34,339 nucleotides of DNA, taken from IMG/VR virus record IMGVR_UViG_2648501437_000013. The stretch is one strand, 5' to 3'. The stretch is from a virus. Its lineage: Duplodnaviria; Heunggongvirae; Uroviricota; Caudoviricetes. Under the pieces are notes generated by a model. That model saw nothing but the letters and a program-made list of their open reading frames with translations, was not told the origin of the DNA and did not search any database. Of this stretch, positions 8,087 through 17,940 are shown piece after piece. A program made the position numbers and the translations under genes. Position 1 is the first letter of the stretch; every line of letters starts with the position of its first letter.

Positions 8087-8956
8087 TTATTTTTTGATCA
8101 TTTCGTACATTGCTGAGGCTTTAGCTTGCTCAACAAAGGAGGATAAATCGACATCACTATAGGTTGGAGACTTCAGAATTTTTCCATCGGAAATTCGAAA
8201 ACCGATCATCTTATCGGTGCCATCAGCATGGCGAAATCCCAGGTCTGAAGAGTCGTATTTGCAGTTGGCCACAGCCTGGCGACGTTCCTCGACATCAGCA
8301 GGCCATAATTTTGTCATGTTAGACCGATGAATTTCGCCAACCAGCTCGACGACATTGATACCGAGGAAATCAGCCAGTCGATAGGTCATCATGCACGCCA
8401 CATAGATTTTGTTCATGACACGGCGCAGTTCCTGAATCAGCTCAGAATCCTTAACAGTCTTGTTCTCAAGTTTATCTGCCAGCTCTTCGAGCATACATGA
8501 CGCCTCACGAGCTTCCTGAAATGGCATTGCCATATCATCGAAAACAGTGTTACCAGGCACAAAAATTGTCTGCATAAAGCGATCAATGCTCTGTTCCTGC
8601 GTGTAATAGGTCATGCCGGTAGAAATGCCGCCTTTGATGGCGACCATCGTACCAACACCAACGTATAAAAAGTCGGCCATTGCATCCAGCAGTTGCTCAA
8701 TATCCCCATTCATTGCGGCTGGAATACCTTCCACTACAGCTTCTTCATGAATCAGGCTTGCACGGAGACGAAGCAGCTCTGGTGTCGGCATAACGCGTCT
8801 CGGATGCTGGAAGAGTTCATGAAACTGATCGACCATCTTGTAAATACTTTCAGTGGCTACACCATGGCCTTCATGCAACTCATATGGTTCTGGCTTAAAT
8901 CCAATGAGTCGATCGGTGGCAAGTTTCAGGTGGTCAGTCAGTTTGGTAAAGTTCAT
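8087..8956 (-). CDS. Hypothetical protein; N-terminal region possibly MazG/HisE-like all-alpha NTP pyrophosphohydrolase
   Basis: 289-aa ORF; HEEAVVEG...DIEQLLDAMADFLYV resembles the EExxE/DxxxD metal-binding helices of MazG-like enzymes. Weak, memory-based. Confidence 0.4.
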   Translation of the reverse strand: MNFTKLTDHLKLATDRLIGFKPEPYELHEGHGVATESIYKMVDQFHELFQHPRRVMPTPELLRLRASLIHEEAVVEGIPAAMNGDIEQLLDAMADFLYVGVGTMVAIKGGISTGMTYYTQEQSIDRFMQTIFVPGNTVFDDMAMPFQEAREASCMLEELADKLENKTVKDSELIQELRRVMNKIYVACMMTYRLADFLGINVVELVGEIHRSNMTKLWPADVEERRQAVANCKYDSSDLGFRHADGTDKMIGFRISDGKILKSPTYSDVDLSSFVEQAKASAMYEMIKK

Positions 8957-9033
8957 GCTAGTTTTGTTCCTTCTTAATTCTTGTGATCCATTGTGGCCCA
9001 GCGTTGCCAGGCCACATAATGCTTTGTATCGGT

Positions 9034-10176
9034 TTACAGGTCTGCAAACTGGCTTAGAGAAGCCTTATCCACGGTAGAATCGATCTGACCTACCAGATAT
9101 GTGCTTTGCTCTGCCTCTTGTGGTGCAATTTGCAGTGTGTCGGTTAACAACCACTTGTTCATCCAGACCAGCGGATCAGTGGTAACTTCTGGAAATAAAG
9201 CCTTCAGGCCAAGACGATTCATAGCCAGATTGGTGCGGTATTTTACATAGGTTTTGAGAATATCCGCGTTTAAACCAATCATCGAACCGTCTTTGAAGAG
9301 ATAGTCTGCCCAGTTCATTTCTTGTTCGGCGACTGATTTCATGGTGTCGTAAATGACGTTTTCTTCATCAGCAGCAATCTCTTTCCACAATAAACCTTCT
9401 CGACCGGTACGCATGAAGCGGATCATGCGTTCAGTTCCTTCGCAATGCAGAGCTTCATCACGGGCAATAAAGCGCATAATTTTGGTGTTACCCTCAAGCA
9501 ACTTCCGTTCGCCAAAGGCAAACGTACATGCAAAACTTACATAGAAACGGATCGCCTCAAGCGCATTAATGGACACCAACGTGCGGAAAAGCTGACGATG
9601 CAAAGGGTATGGCTCCCAGCCATATTCATTTACGTACAGACGTTCAAACTCCTTCTCACCTAACGACTGGCGCTCGCATGTCATCCCATAAAGCCTGTCA
9701 TATTCAGCAGAGATACTGATCGCTCGGTTGATGATTTCTTCATCCGTAACAATACCGTCAAAAACAATGCTCGGATCGTCCACCATGCCACGAATAATGT
9801 GGGTGTAGCTACGGCTATGGATAGTCTCAGAGAAAGACCACGTTTCAACCCACGTTTCCAGTTCAGGAATAGAGATAAGCGGCAGCAGCGTTGCATTTGG
9901 GCTACGTCCCTGAACTGAATCGAGCAACGTTTGATAACGGAGATTACTCAGGAAAATGTGGCGTTCGTGGTCCCGCAGCTTCGTATTGAAGTCGATGCGA
10001 TCGCTCGAAATATCAACTTCTTCCGGCCGCCAGAAGAAAGACAATTGACGTTCAATCAACTTTTCAAAATCACGGTATTTTTGCTGATCGTAACGTGCCA
10101 CGTTGACAGATTGTCCGAGGAACATAGGCTCTTTGGTTGCATCATTAGCACCCAAACGGAACGTTGAATATGACAT
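9034..10176 (-). CDS. nrdB: Ribonucleotide reductase class Ia beta subunit
   Basis: Near-collinear similarity to E. coli NrdB from MSYSTF... to ...YLVGQIDS (di-iron and tyrosyl-radical regions); start set at ATG 10176 with AAGGAAAAACAC leader. Confidence 0.9.
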   Translation of the reverse strand: MSYSTFRLGANDATKEPMFLGQSVNVARYDQQKYRDFEKLIERQLSFFWRPEEVDISSDRIDFNTKLRDHERHIFLSNLRYQTLLDSVQGRSPNATLLPLISIPELETWVETWSFSETIHSRSYTHIIRGMVDDPSIVFDGIVTDEEIINRAISISAEYDRLYGMTCERQSLGEKEFERLYVNEYGWEPYPLHRQLFRTLVSINALEAIRFYVSFACTFAFGERKLLEGNTKIMRFIARDEALHCEGTERMIRFMRTGREGLLWKEIAADEENVIYDTMKSVAEQEMNWADYLFKDGSMIGLNADILKTYVKYRTNLAMNRLGLKALFPEVTTDPLVWMNKWLLTDTLQIAPQEAEQSTYLVGQIDSTVDKASLSQFADL

Positions 10177-10281
10177 GTGTTTTTCCTTTTGCTTTTTGAT
10201 GTGTTTAAACAAGTTGTTATCTTATTTGTTTAAACAAGGCTTACAAATCAAAGAGAAGGTGGGGATACACCCCACCATATG

Positions 10282-12597
10282 TCAGATTTTGCAGGCTCCG
10301 TCGCACTCATCTTCTGGCTCGACGGCTACAGCTTGCGTCAGTGGATTCTGCGGTTCGTCGTCATCACGCTTTCCTGCCCCATCTCTGGTGTTGTGGTAGT
10401 AAAGCGTTTTAACTCCCATCTTGTAGGCGAGAAGCAAATCTGACAGTAGCGTCATCATTGGGACTTTATCGCCTTCAAAGCGAGAAGGGTCATAGTTGGT
10501 ATTGGCTGAAATAGCCTGGTCAAAGAACTTCTGGATGATCGCCACCTTTGTCAGATAGCCGCGGTTGTCCGGCATATCCCACAGGTATTCATACTGTTCC
10601 TTCAGTTTTTCAAACTCAGGCACGACCATCTTAACGATGCCGTCCTTAGAAGATTTCACCGACACCGGGCCACGAGGCGGTTCGATGCCGTTGGTGGAAT
10701 TAGTGATCTGGCTGGAAGTCTCGCATGGCATTTGTGCCGTCAGTGTGGAGTTGCGAAGGCCGTATTTTGCAATACGTTCACGCAGTTCTTCCCACGGCAT
10801 CTTTAACTCAAAGTTGGTTTCACCACTTTCGTCTAATGAAGAACGGTAATGGTCGATAGGCAACTGACCAATTGCGTATTTGGTCTGCTCAAACCAGTCA
10901 CACTCACCTTTAGCTTCAGCAAGTTGGCAGCTGGCATCGAGAAGGTAATACTGGATAGCTTCGAACGTTTCATGCACCAGTTTATTGCCAGCGGTATCAG
11001 AATAACGAAAGCCATTCTTTGCCAGGTAATAAGCAAAGTTGGTTACACCGATTCCCAGGCTACGACGAGCTTTGGCAGGCACTTCGGCAGCCTCCATCGG
11101 ATAGTCTTGATAATCCAGTAACGAATCCAGTGCAGCGACGGCATAGAACGCCACCTCTTTAAGAGACTCCAGTGAACGGATGGCTCCGAGGTTAAAAGCG
11201 GATAAAGTGCAAAGCGCGATCTCACCGTTCGGGTCGTCGGTAAATGTCAGTGGACTGGTGGGTAGGGTGATCTCCATACACAGGTTTGACTGGCGGACAG
11301 GTGCAAGAGCAGGAATGAAAGCGCCATGCTCGTTAATATGATCGACGTTCGCAATATAAATTCGGCCCGTGGACGCTCGTTCCTGCATCAGAGATGAGAA
11401 CAGCTCAATGGCAGGCACTGACTTCTTGCGAATTGAATCATCGGCTTCGTATTTATGGTACAGCTTTTCAAACAGATCCTGGTCTGTGAAGAAGGCTTCG
11501 TACATATCAGGCACATCATGCGGGCTGAACAGAGTGATGTTCTCGCTTCTGACGAGTCGACGGTACATCAGACGGTTACTCATGACACCGTAATCAAGAT
11601 GGCGAACGCGGTTTTCATCGATACCACGGTTATTTTTCACCACCAGCAGACTTTCAACTTCAAGATGCCAAATCGGGTAAAACGCTGTTGCTGCGCCACC
11701 ACGGACACCACCTTGCGAGCAAGATTTAACAGCCGTCTGGAAATGCTTCAGGAATGGAATAACTCCGGTATGGGTGGCTTCACCATTGCGGATCTCACTG
11801 CCCAGCGCACGGATACGGCCAAAACCAATACCAATTCCAGCACGACGTGAAACGTAGTCGATAATTGCGGCTGAAGCTGCGCTAATCCCTTTCAGACTAT
11901 CGCCAGACTCAATCAGCACACAACTGGAGAACTGACGGGTTGGAGTACGGACGCCGGCCATGATTGGTGTGGGCAGAGACAGTTTGAACGTACTTGTAAC
12001 GTCATAGAAACCTTTGACCATCTCCATACGTGTTTTGCCAGCGCAGTCGTCTTCCCAATTCTGGAACAGACACATGCCTACCAGCATATAGATATGTTGC
12101 GGCCCCTCATGAATCTCACCAGTAACACGGTTTTGAACGAGGTATTTGCTTTGCAATTGCACCGTAGCTGCATAGCCAAAAAGATCGTCACGTTTAGGCT
12201 TAATGTAATTGCCGAGTTCTTCGATCTCTTCAAACGAATAACGTGTCAGCAAATCCTTGTCATAAACGCCCTTGTTAACGTTCTTGACAATGTGTTGGTA
12301 GAAGTTCGGATAGTCGTAACGACCGAAGGCATCTTTGCGGATTTTAAAAATGTTCAGGCGGGCAGCCACCTGTGAGTAATTTGGTGCATCTGGTGAGATC
12401 AAATCAGCGGCAGATTTAACCAAAGCCTCATGCAACTGGCTGGTGGTAATCCCATCAAAAATGCTGGCCGCAGCTCCCATTGCTACAGCGGATGCGCTTA
12501 CACCACGAATGCCTTCTACGCCATACATTACGACGCGGTTGTATTTTTCTTCGGATAACGGCTCTGTTTGGCCGTTACGTTTTACGATGCTTATCAT
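10282..12597 (-). CDS. nrdA: Ribonucleotide reductase class Ia alpha subunit
   Basis: 771 aa, collinear with E. coli NrdA including SLPTPIMAGVRTPTRQFSSCVLIE, NLCMEITLPT and C-terminal CDGACKI; no intein-sized insertion. Confidence 0.9.
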   Translation of the reverse strand: MISIVKRNGQTEPLSEEKYNRVVMYGVEGIRGVSASAVAMGAAASIFDGITTSQLHEALVKSAADLISPDAPNYSQVAARLNIFKIRKDAFGRYDYPNFYQHIVKNVNKGVYDKDLLTRYSFEEIEELGNYIKPKRDDLFGYAATVQLQSKYLVQNRVTGEIHEGPQHIYMLVGMCLFQNWEDDCAGKTRMEMVKGFYDVTSTFKLSLPTPIMAGVRTPTRQFSSCVLIESGDSLKGISAASAAIIDYVSRRAGIGIGFGRIRALGSEIRNGEATHTGVIPFLKHFQTAVKSCSQGGVRGGAATAFYPIWHLEVESLLVVKNNRGIDENRVRHLDYGVMSNRLMYRRLVRSENITLFSPHDVPDMYEAFFTDQDLFEKLYHKYEADDSIRKKSVPAIELFSSLMQERASTGRIYIANVDHINEHGAFIPALAPVRQSNLCMEITLPTSPLTFTDDPNGEIALCTLSAFNLGAIRSLESLKEVAFYAVAALDSLLDYQDYPMEAAEVPAKARRSLGIGVTNFAYYLAKNGFRYSDTAGNKLVHETFEAIQYYLLDASCQLAEAKGECDWFEQTKYAIGQLPIDHYRSSLDESGETNFELKMPWEELRERIAKYGLRNSTLTAQMPCETSSQITNSTNGIEPPRGPVSVKSSKDGIVKMVVPEFEKLKEQYEYLWDMPDNRGYLTKVAIIQKFFDQAISANTNYDPSRFEGDKVPMMTLLSDLLLAYKMGVKTLYYHNTRDGAGKRDDDEPQNPLTQAVAVEPEDECDGACKI

Positions 12598-12614
12598 GTA
12601 TCACCAAATAAAGA

Positions 12615-12636
12615 GGGCCACTAAATATAGTGGCCC
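12615..12636 (-). terminator. Hairpin GGGCCACTA-aata-TAGTGGCCC followed by TCTTTATTT on the minus strand
   Basis: 9-bp stem between the RuvC-like stop and the nrdA ATG; possible attenuator in the nrdA leader. Confidence 0.5.
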
Positions 12637-12645
12637 ATGTTAATA

Positions 12646-12663
12646 GATAGGCACTTACCTATC
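12646..12663. promoter_or_regulatory. Palindrome GATAGGCACTTACCTATC upstream of nrdA
   Basis: Arms GATAGG/CCTATC; recurrent motif family. Confidence 0.45.
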
Positions 12664-12670
12664 AATGAGA

Positions 12671-13240
12671 TCAAATGAGAGACTTGAGAACATCGCGCAC
12701 CTGGCGGAACTGATCTGTTTGCATACCGGTATGGATGGCAGCCACCGCATCAGCCAAATGTTCGTTTTTGTTTACGAGAACATCCTGTCCAGATTGCTTA
12801 CGACGCAGCCACGGTGCTTTAGGGTGTTTTTTCGTAGCCCACTGGATAATCTCTTCTTTCGATGTTGTAAGTTTATTGCCGACAAAATGTTTAATTTCGT
12901 TTGGAGTAACCTGGATCAATGGCTTATCCACACACGCAAGTACACCGATGCAAATACCGTAAGACGTCTGCGAACGAGAGTTTTGGCTCCCAACCGGTAG
13001 CTCACAAAAAACCATATTTGCCTTATCAATGATTGGCTTCGCAACACGCCATATTTCACTGGCGCGGCGAAGATCGTCACTGTTCACACGAACTGTCTTT
13101 TTGTTATTCCCCGCTTTAGTCTCAACAAGAGTAAGGCCGTGAATCTCAAGTTCGTCCGTTTCAAGGTCTAAAGTGCCCACAGCAAGCCCAAAGTTGCTCA
13201 TTGAAGGATCAACACCAACTACGCTGATTTTTTTACTCAT
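12671..13240 (-). CDS. RuvC-like Holliday junction resolvase
   Basis: N-terminal VVGVDPS...FGLAV (catalytic Asp), CELPVGSQN (Glu) and C-terminal EHLADAVAAIH, matching the RuvC-fold acidic residue layout. Confidence 0.55.
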   Translation of the reverse strand: MSKKISVVGVDPSMSNFGLAVGTLDLETDELEIHGLTLVETKAGNNKKTVRVNSDDLRRASEIWRVAKPIIDKANMVFCELPVGSQNSRSQTSYGICIGVLACVDKPLIQVTPNEIKHFVGNKLTTSKEEIIQWATKKHPKAPWLRRKQSGQDVLVNKNEHLADAVAAIHTGMQTDQFRQVRDVLKSLI

Positions 13241-13249
13241 ATAGTCTCC

Positions 13250-13993
13250 TTACCATGTTCCCCATATAGGGTTTTCCAATAATCTCGCCTCCAACGAATT
13301 GGCTACTATTGCCGTTTGCAACGTTGGTTGGGGATAGTTTGCAAAGTCTGAATACTCATTTTCCTGCGTGACAAGTTTATCTGCGGCATCTTTAACGCCA
13401 CTTGCTATGAAATGACGCATGATGCCCAACAGCCTCCGACTGTCTGCACTATCGTTTGCTAAAACATGAGGGAGCTGAAGTTCGATTTCTACCATTTCTC
13501 CATACTTACCAACAAACTGTAGTTTGTCCGCACTGTACTTTTTATCCCTCCTTTGGATAAGGAAACCAGTAAAAGCATCACCTGGCGATGCCAAACTATC
13601 CGCCCGCTTATTGGCAAGTCGAATAAGGTTCGTGAAAGCCATACAGAGATGCGCATCCATTGCCCCAAAGAACCCTTCGCTATTAATGTTAAGATCTTCA
13701 GTTTCATGGGTTGCGATAAACCCAGGTCCGACGTTGGGAAGATATCCCCCCTCAACAAAAGGATTAATCAAGATCGGCGCAATACATCCAGACGGCAGTG
13801 ATTCCAAACTTTGCATCAATGGTGTCTCGGATATTAGACCAAGCAACGGGGCGAATTGTGCTTTGTCAATATTATTGCTGCCCCACAGAATACGTGGAGC
13901 CGCACTATTGGAAGTATGCCCATTGATCAGTTTTATCGACTGCATCACTGCAAACACCTGCAAAAACTGCGAGCGGCTTAATTTAAACGACAT
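13250..13993 (-). CDS. Hypothetical protein (247 aa)
   Basis: Intact ORF between sbcC and the resolvase; no recognised motif. Confidence 0.45.
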   Translation of the reverse strand: MSFKLSRSQFLQVFAVMQSIKLINGHTSNSAAPRILWGSNNIDKAQFAPLLGLISETPLMQSLESLPSGCIAPILINPFVEGGYLPNVGPGFIATHETEDLNINSEGFFGAMDAHLCMAFTNLIRLANKRADSLASPGDAFTGFLIQRRDKKYSADKLQFVGKYGEMVEIELQLPHVLANDSADSRRLLGIMRHFIASGVKDAADKLVTQENEYSDFANYPQPTLQTAIVANSLEARLLENPIWGTW

Positions 13994-15899
13994 AGCTGCG
14001 CCCCTCTTTAACTTCCAGCGTAATAGTTTCGCGGAACCATGACTTCATCTCTTTATGGGAGATAATCAGCACAGTGCCCCGTTCGCGAGCTTTGGACTCC
14101 AGAATACCCATGAGGCGTTCAAGACCGGCTGTATCGAGTGCATCGTCAATTTCGTCGCCGATAAACAAATCGATGTTTTTACTCGCCCGGTTACTAACCA
14201 GATCCTGCAATGCCAAAGAACACGCAATGCGAACCTTCCGCTTCTCACCACCAGAGAGGGTCTGGAACGACTTACTTGAACCTTTCTTCTGCACACTAAT
14301 GTTGAATTTGTCGCGATACTCACCTTTTTTAGTGACATCCATCGTCGACCACTCAGCAGTAATATTCCCGTCAGACAACGTATTGAGATACTCGGCTGTG
14401 CGTGTATTCAGGAAAGGCGTAACAGACGTCAAAATATGAGAACGCACCCCGGCAGGAGAGTAGACCTGACGAGCTTTTTCCAATAGCAACGTTTGTTCCT
14501 GAATAGCCTTCAACTCATCTTTTAAGGACTTGAAGGTAGACTTACTGGATACCAGGTTATCTTCGTGTCTGGCGATAAGAGCAATAAACGGATTAATCTC
14601 TTTTGATATACGATCGACCTCAGTACGAGCACGAGTAACAAGAGACTCAATAGCAACAACCTCCTTCTCACGATGACGCAAAGATGAGAGTTGTTTAGTA
14701 AGTTCTTCAATCCGGGCAATGATAGCCGTTACATCAGGTGTCGTTTTAACAAGGGCAGACTCAATGCTTAACGCCTTCTCAAGATTCGTTTTGTGTTTAG
14801 CCATTGCCTCTGCAAGTGTCTTCGCCTGACCAATTTCCTGACGTGCTTGTTCAATGAAATTCTCCTTCACCGTTGATAGATCTTTTTCGCAGTAGGCTTT
14901 GCCACAAGTAGGGCATGGTGATCCTACTTTAGTACCAACCTCTTCTGCTTTGGTCTTAAAATTGCGCGCGCGGCTCATTGCATCAGCCTGACTATTTTCT
15001 GTAGCTTTGATGCTTGCCCGAATATCAGTTATCGCTCCACGCACTTTGAGCAACTTGGCGTCATGTTCTTCTTTTGAGGCTAACTTTTTGCGCTCACTTT
15101 CGATTGCCTTCTCGGTATCACAGATCTGTTCGGGAAGAGTGCGGATCTCAAGTTCAACTTCTGTTAACTCAACTTCGGCACTTGCCAGCCCAGCCAGGGC
15201 ATCGTCATAACGTTTAGAACGCTCTTGTTCCCATGATTCAGAGGAGGCTTTCGCGGACTCAATTTCTGACTGTGTTGCCTCAATGGTCGAGATTGTCGAC
15301 TCCAATTTGGTTTTAACCACGTCCATACGTGCGGCAGCTGCGTTAGCTCGTTCACGAGCAATAGCGTAGGCGCGTGTCAGTCTGTCAACGCCAGCGGCTT
15401 CTTCTACGATGGTTTTGAGGTTTTTGTCGGACATTCCAGGTAGATCTGGCATAGCTTCTTGGCTTGCATAGATGGAAGCCATGAAAACCTCTTTAGATGC
15501 ACCGATCAGACGTTCGACGAACTCTTGCGTCAGCGCATCTTTGCCTTTCGTCATATCGCCGTCTTCACCACGAACGATAAGCCGATTTTTGAACTCTTTG
15601 TGTTTACGGTGACGAATGATCGCATATCTCTTGCCTTCATCCTCGATGGTTACTGCAACACGACAGTTCTTTTCATGGTCGGTAGACAACACATCGTCCC
15701 CCTTCACACCATGAGCTGTTTCACCATAAAGACACCACATCAGGCTATTCATTAGAGTTGACTTTCCAGAGCCATTACTTGATGCGGAACTATCATCACT
15801 ATTAACGCCCTGAATTAACACTAAACCACGCTGATCTAACTCGACCTCCGCGCTGGCGATAGCCATAAAATTCTCAACCTGGAGTTTTAAAAACTTCAT
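13983..15899 (-). CDS. SbcC/Rad50-like recombination ATPase (T4 gp46-like)
   Basis: N-terminal Walker A (NGSGKSTL), central coiled coil with CPTCG zinc hook, C-terminal ABC signature LSGGEKRKV and Walker B LFIGDEIDDALD. Confidence 0.8.
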   Translation of the reverse strand: MKFLKLQVENFMAIASAEVELDQRGLVLIQGVNSDDSSASSNGSGKSTLMNSLMWCLYGETAHGVKGDDVLSTDHEKNCRVAVTIEDEGKRYAIIRHRKHKEFKNRLIVRGEDGDMTKGKDALTQEFVERLIGASKEVFMASIYASQEAMPDLPGMSDKNLKTIVEEAAGVDRLTRAYAIARERANAAAARMDVVKTKLESTISTIEATQSEIESAKASSESWEQERSKRYDDALAGLASAEVELTEVELEIRTLPEQICDTEKAIESERKKLASKEEHDAKLLKVRGAITDIRASIKATENSQADAMSRARNFKTKAEEVGTKVGSPCPTCGKAYCEKDLSTVKENFIEQARQEIGQAKTLAEAMAKHKTNLEKALSIESALVKTTPDVTAIIARIEELTKQLSSLRHREKEVVAIESLVTRARTEVDRISKEINPFIALIARHEDNLVSSKSTFKSLKDELKAIQEQTLLLEKARQVYSPAGVRSHILTSVTPFLNTRTAEYLNTLSDGNITAEWSTMDVTKKGEYRDKFNISVQKKGSSKSFQTLSGGEKRKVRIACSLALQDLVSNRASKNIDLFIGDEIDDALDTAGLERLMGILESKARERGTVLIISHKEMKSWFRETITLEVKEGRSYVV

Positions 15900-16087
15900 A
15901 TAACACCTTTGATACCGTGTGTTAGCTTTTGACCTTCTTTCAATCTGAACTCCGTATGCGCCGGGAAGGATCTGCGCCTCAATACGCCTTTTCTGGTTAA
16001 CCTTCCAAGATAAAACGCTACGGGATTTCCTTGTGGCGGGTAGGGCTTGTGAAACATCACCGTCTGGCCTCGTTCAAGTCTTTTCAT
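15896..16087 (-). CDS. Possible small basic protein (63 aa) between sbcD and sbcC
   Basis: Arg/Lys-rich ORF fills the 229-bp sbcD-sbcC gap; its stop overlaps the sbcC ATG in ATGA configuration; no convincing RBS. Confidence 0.25.
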   Translation of the reverse strand: MKRLERGQTVMFHKPYPPQGNPVAFYLGRLTRKGVLRRRSFPAHTEFRLKEGQKLTHGIKGVI

Positions 16088-16128
16088 CGTGATGGCAAAG
16101 TCTCGAAAGCTCCCATAACGACTTTGCC

Positions 16129-17214
16129 TCACACAGCCTCCGAACTCTCCGCTTCGGTGAGGATTTCCTGACACAAAATATCCAACTTGCTCAGATCAAA
16201 TCCGCCGTCAGTATCGTGGACAATCTTGCAATAAGCAGATACCGACTCTCCCAGGCTATCGATTTTGCTGGTTTCCGTTGTGCTTGCTGTCCCTTCCATC
16301 ATTGATGACTTACGGATGAAGTTGCACACAACACCTTTTGCACCCATTGTTTTGAGGATGTTCTGGTACTTAATGCCTTCTTCGTCGTTCTCGATTACGG
16401 CGCGGAAACGCACGTAGTTGCCGCGAATTTGGTCATCAGCAACATAATCTTCCAGGTTAATGAATTTAGGCGCACTGGTTTCGTAGTGACTGAAACTGCC
16501 GTCCGGGTTTACGATCATGTAACCAGCCAGAGATCCAACATCTCCCCAATTTTGATGGGTCAGTGCACCGACACTGATAACTCCAGGAATGACCTCTTTG
16601 TGGTTGTGGTAATGCCCACTAAGCACGAGACGAAAGCCGATATCCTTTAACTCCTGCGCATCGATACCGACGTCAGGCATTGTTGGAATGGCTTTGTTAA
16701 TGGATGTATGGATAACAACATCATGATTATCACCTTCTACGCTCTTACGTAATGCTTTCAGATCGCTGATAAGCTCTGCATGATTGTTACGCCAGCTAAT
16801 CAGGTGGACAGTCACATCACCAATTTTTATTGAGTGTGGGCGCTTGCCACATACGATTACCACGCCGATAGAACTCAGCGATGCTGCTGCGTTGGCGCTA
16901 TATACTGAATCGTTGGTTTCAAGATCGTGATTACCGGCCAGCATTACTACTGTCAGATCAAGCTCGTTGATAATCCACTTGTACGTTTCAGTTACGTAAT
17001 GCAAAACAGAAGGGGACACAGTTCCTCGGACGTGAAATGTATCACCGGCAACCAACATGTACTTACAACCGGCCTTCTTCATGGCGATGGCTGCTTCTTT
17101 CGTTGCTTCCAACTGTATTTCAAGTCTGGAGTTAAGCCCCTCAGCGTTCGTCGTGGAGAACGCATCCCATTTGTGGTAGTGGCAGTCAGAAATGACGCCG
17201 TATGGCAAAGTCAT
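16129..17214 (-). CDS. SbcD/Mre11-like nuclease (calcineurin-like phosphoesterase)
   Basis: Motifs ISDCHYH, AGDTFH, GNHD, GHYH; start moved from track TTG (17244) to ATG at ~17214 preceded by CCACAAAGGAAAAACAC. Confidence 0.8.
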   Translation of the reverse strand: MTLPYGVISDCHYHKWDAFSTTNAEGLNSRLEIQLEATKEAAIAMKKAGCKYMLVAGDTFHVRGTVSPSVLHYVTETYKWIINELDLTVVMLAGNHDLETNDSVYSANAAASLSSIGVVIVCGKRPHSIKIGDVTVHLISWRNNHAELISDLKALRKSVEGDNHDVVIHTSINKAIPTMPDVGIDAQELKDIGFRLVLSGHYHNHKEVIPGVISVGALTHQNWGDVGSLAGYMIVNPDGSFSHYETSAPKFINLEDYVADDQIRGNYVRFRAVIENDEEGIKYQNILKTMGAKGVVCNFIRKSSMMEGTASTTETSKIDSLGESVSAYCKIVHDTDGGFDLSKLDILCQEILTEAESSEAV

Positions 17215-17324
17215 GTGTTTTTCCTTTGTGGTTATTTGATACAAATCTTAAGCTTGCTCGAGAGGTGAGCAACCAAGACAGCACGGCACAGAAGAACATC
17301 AACAGGCATAGTATTACAAAATAA

Positions 17325-17344
17325 ATAGGTAAGTGAATACCTAC
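17325..17344. promoter_or_regulatory. Palindrome ATAGGTAAGTGAATACCTAC in the divergent AT-rich region upstream of sbcD
   Basis: Arms TAGGTA/TACCTA; same motif family as 2311..2330. Confidence 0.45.
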
Positions 17345-17466
17345 CAAAATTGTTGAATGGATTGCTTACAAGGCGGCTAGAGTTTCATTGAAGTGCTTAG
17401 ATGTATATGGTAGGCAAAAGTCTCATCGTTACATATGAATGAACTATCTCATGGGTCATGTATCAT

Positions 17467-17500
17467 TTGATATTTTTATTATCAACAATTACTGTATAAG
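17467..17500 (+). promoter_or_regulatory. Candidate sigma70-like promoter for the plus-strand 85-aa gene (TTGATA ... TGtATAAG)
   Basis: TTGATA at 17467 and TATAAG at 17495 in an AT-rich tract; spacer is non-optimal, so weak. Confidence 0.25.
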
Positions 17501-17535
17501 AGGAATTTTCCAAATTGAAAAAGGATTGATTATCA

Positions 17536-17793
17536 ATGGCTATTGATGAAAGAAATATTGTTGTTGGTGGATTGTACAAGACCCATACGAATCAAGAACG
17601 GGTCGTTCTAGAAATAAAAGATGATGAAGTGAAATACGCTCCTCGAGGTGGAAATGTAGAAAATAAATTTGACCATATGCAAAAAGCCAAATTGATCACA
17701 TTTGCAGGAGCATGTTCAGAAAAAATTAAAGATTTACCCTCCGATGAATTTAATAAAATTCGACAACTATTTGTGGATAGAAAACTTATTTAA
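17536..17793 (+). CDS. Hypothetical protein (85 aa) in an AT-rich island, opposite orientation to flanking operons
   Basis: ATG preceded by AAGGA RBS; followed by a plus-strand intrinsic terminator; codon composition visibly more AT-rich than neighbours. Confidence 0.55.
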   Translation: MAIDERNIVVGGLYKTHTNQERVVLEIKDDEVKYAPRGGNVENKFDHMQKAKLITFAGACSEKIKDLPSDEFNKIRQLFVDRKLI

Positions 17794-17884
17794 ATAGTTG
17801 TATTAGTTTTGAGGGTTTGTCTCTTAAAGGATTACCATTACTTGGATGAGTAAATTTTAAACAGGAAAAGTTCTAAAAGCCAAT

Positions 17885-17915
17885 GAGCGCCTATGTAACG
17901 AGCGCTCTTTTTTTG
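17885..17915 (+). terminator. Rho-independent terminator (GAGCGC...GCGCTC + T7)
   Basis: 6-bp GC stem, 11-nt loop, TTTTTTT immediately after on the plus strand only. Confidence 0.7.
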
Positions 17916-17940
17916 TTTGTGGATGGGCCTACTAAACCAT

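Noticed and set aside
13524-14042. 172-aa plus-strand ORF antisense to genes 13250..13993 and sbcC
   Set aside because: Antisense to two minus-strand genes in a densely coding operon; no RBS or promoter; composition typical of a shadow ORF. The same reasoning was applied to other plus-strand ORFs inside nrdA, dnaE, recA-like and SSB genes (e.g. 11455..11850, 27790..28305, 30132..30560, 25228..25638).
15896-16174. Full 92-codon version of the ORF between sbcD and sbcC
   Set aside because: The 5' third overlaps the sbcD C-terminus in another frame without a start signal; only the shorter 15896..16087 version is retained, at low confidence.
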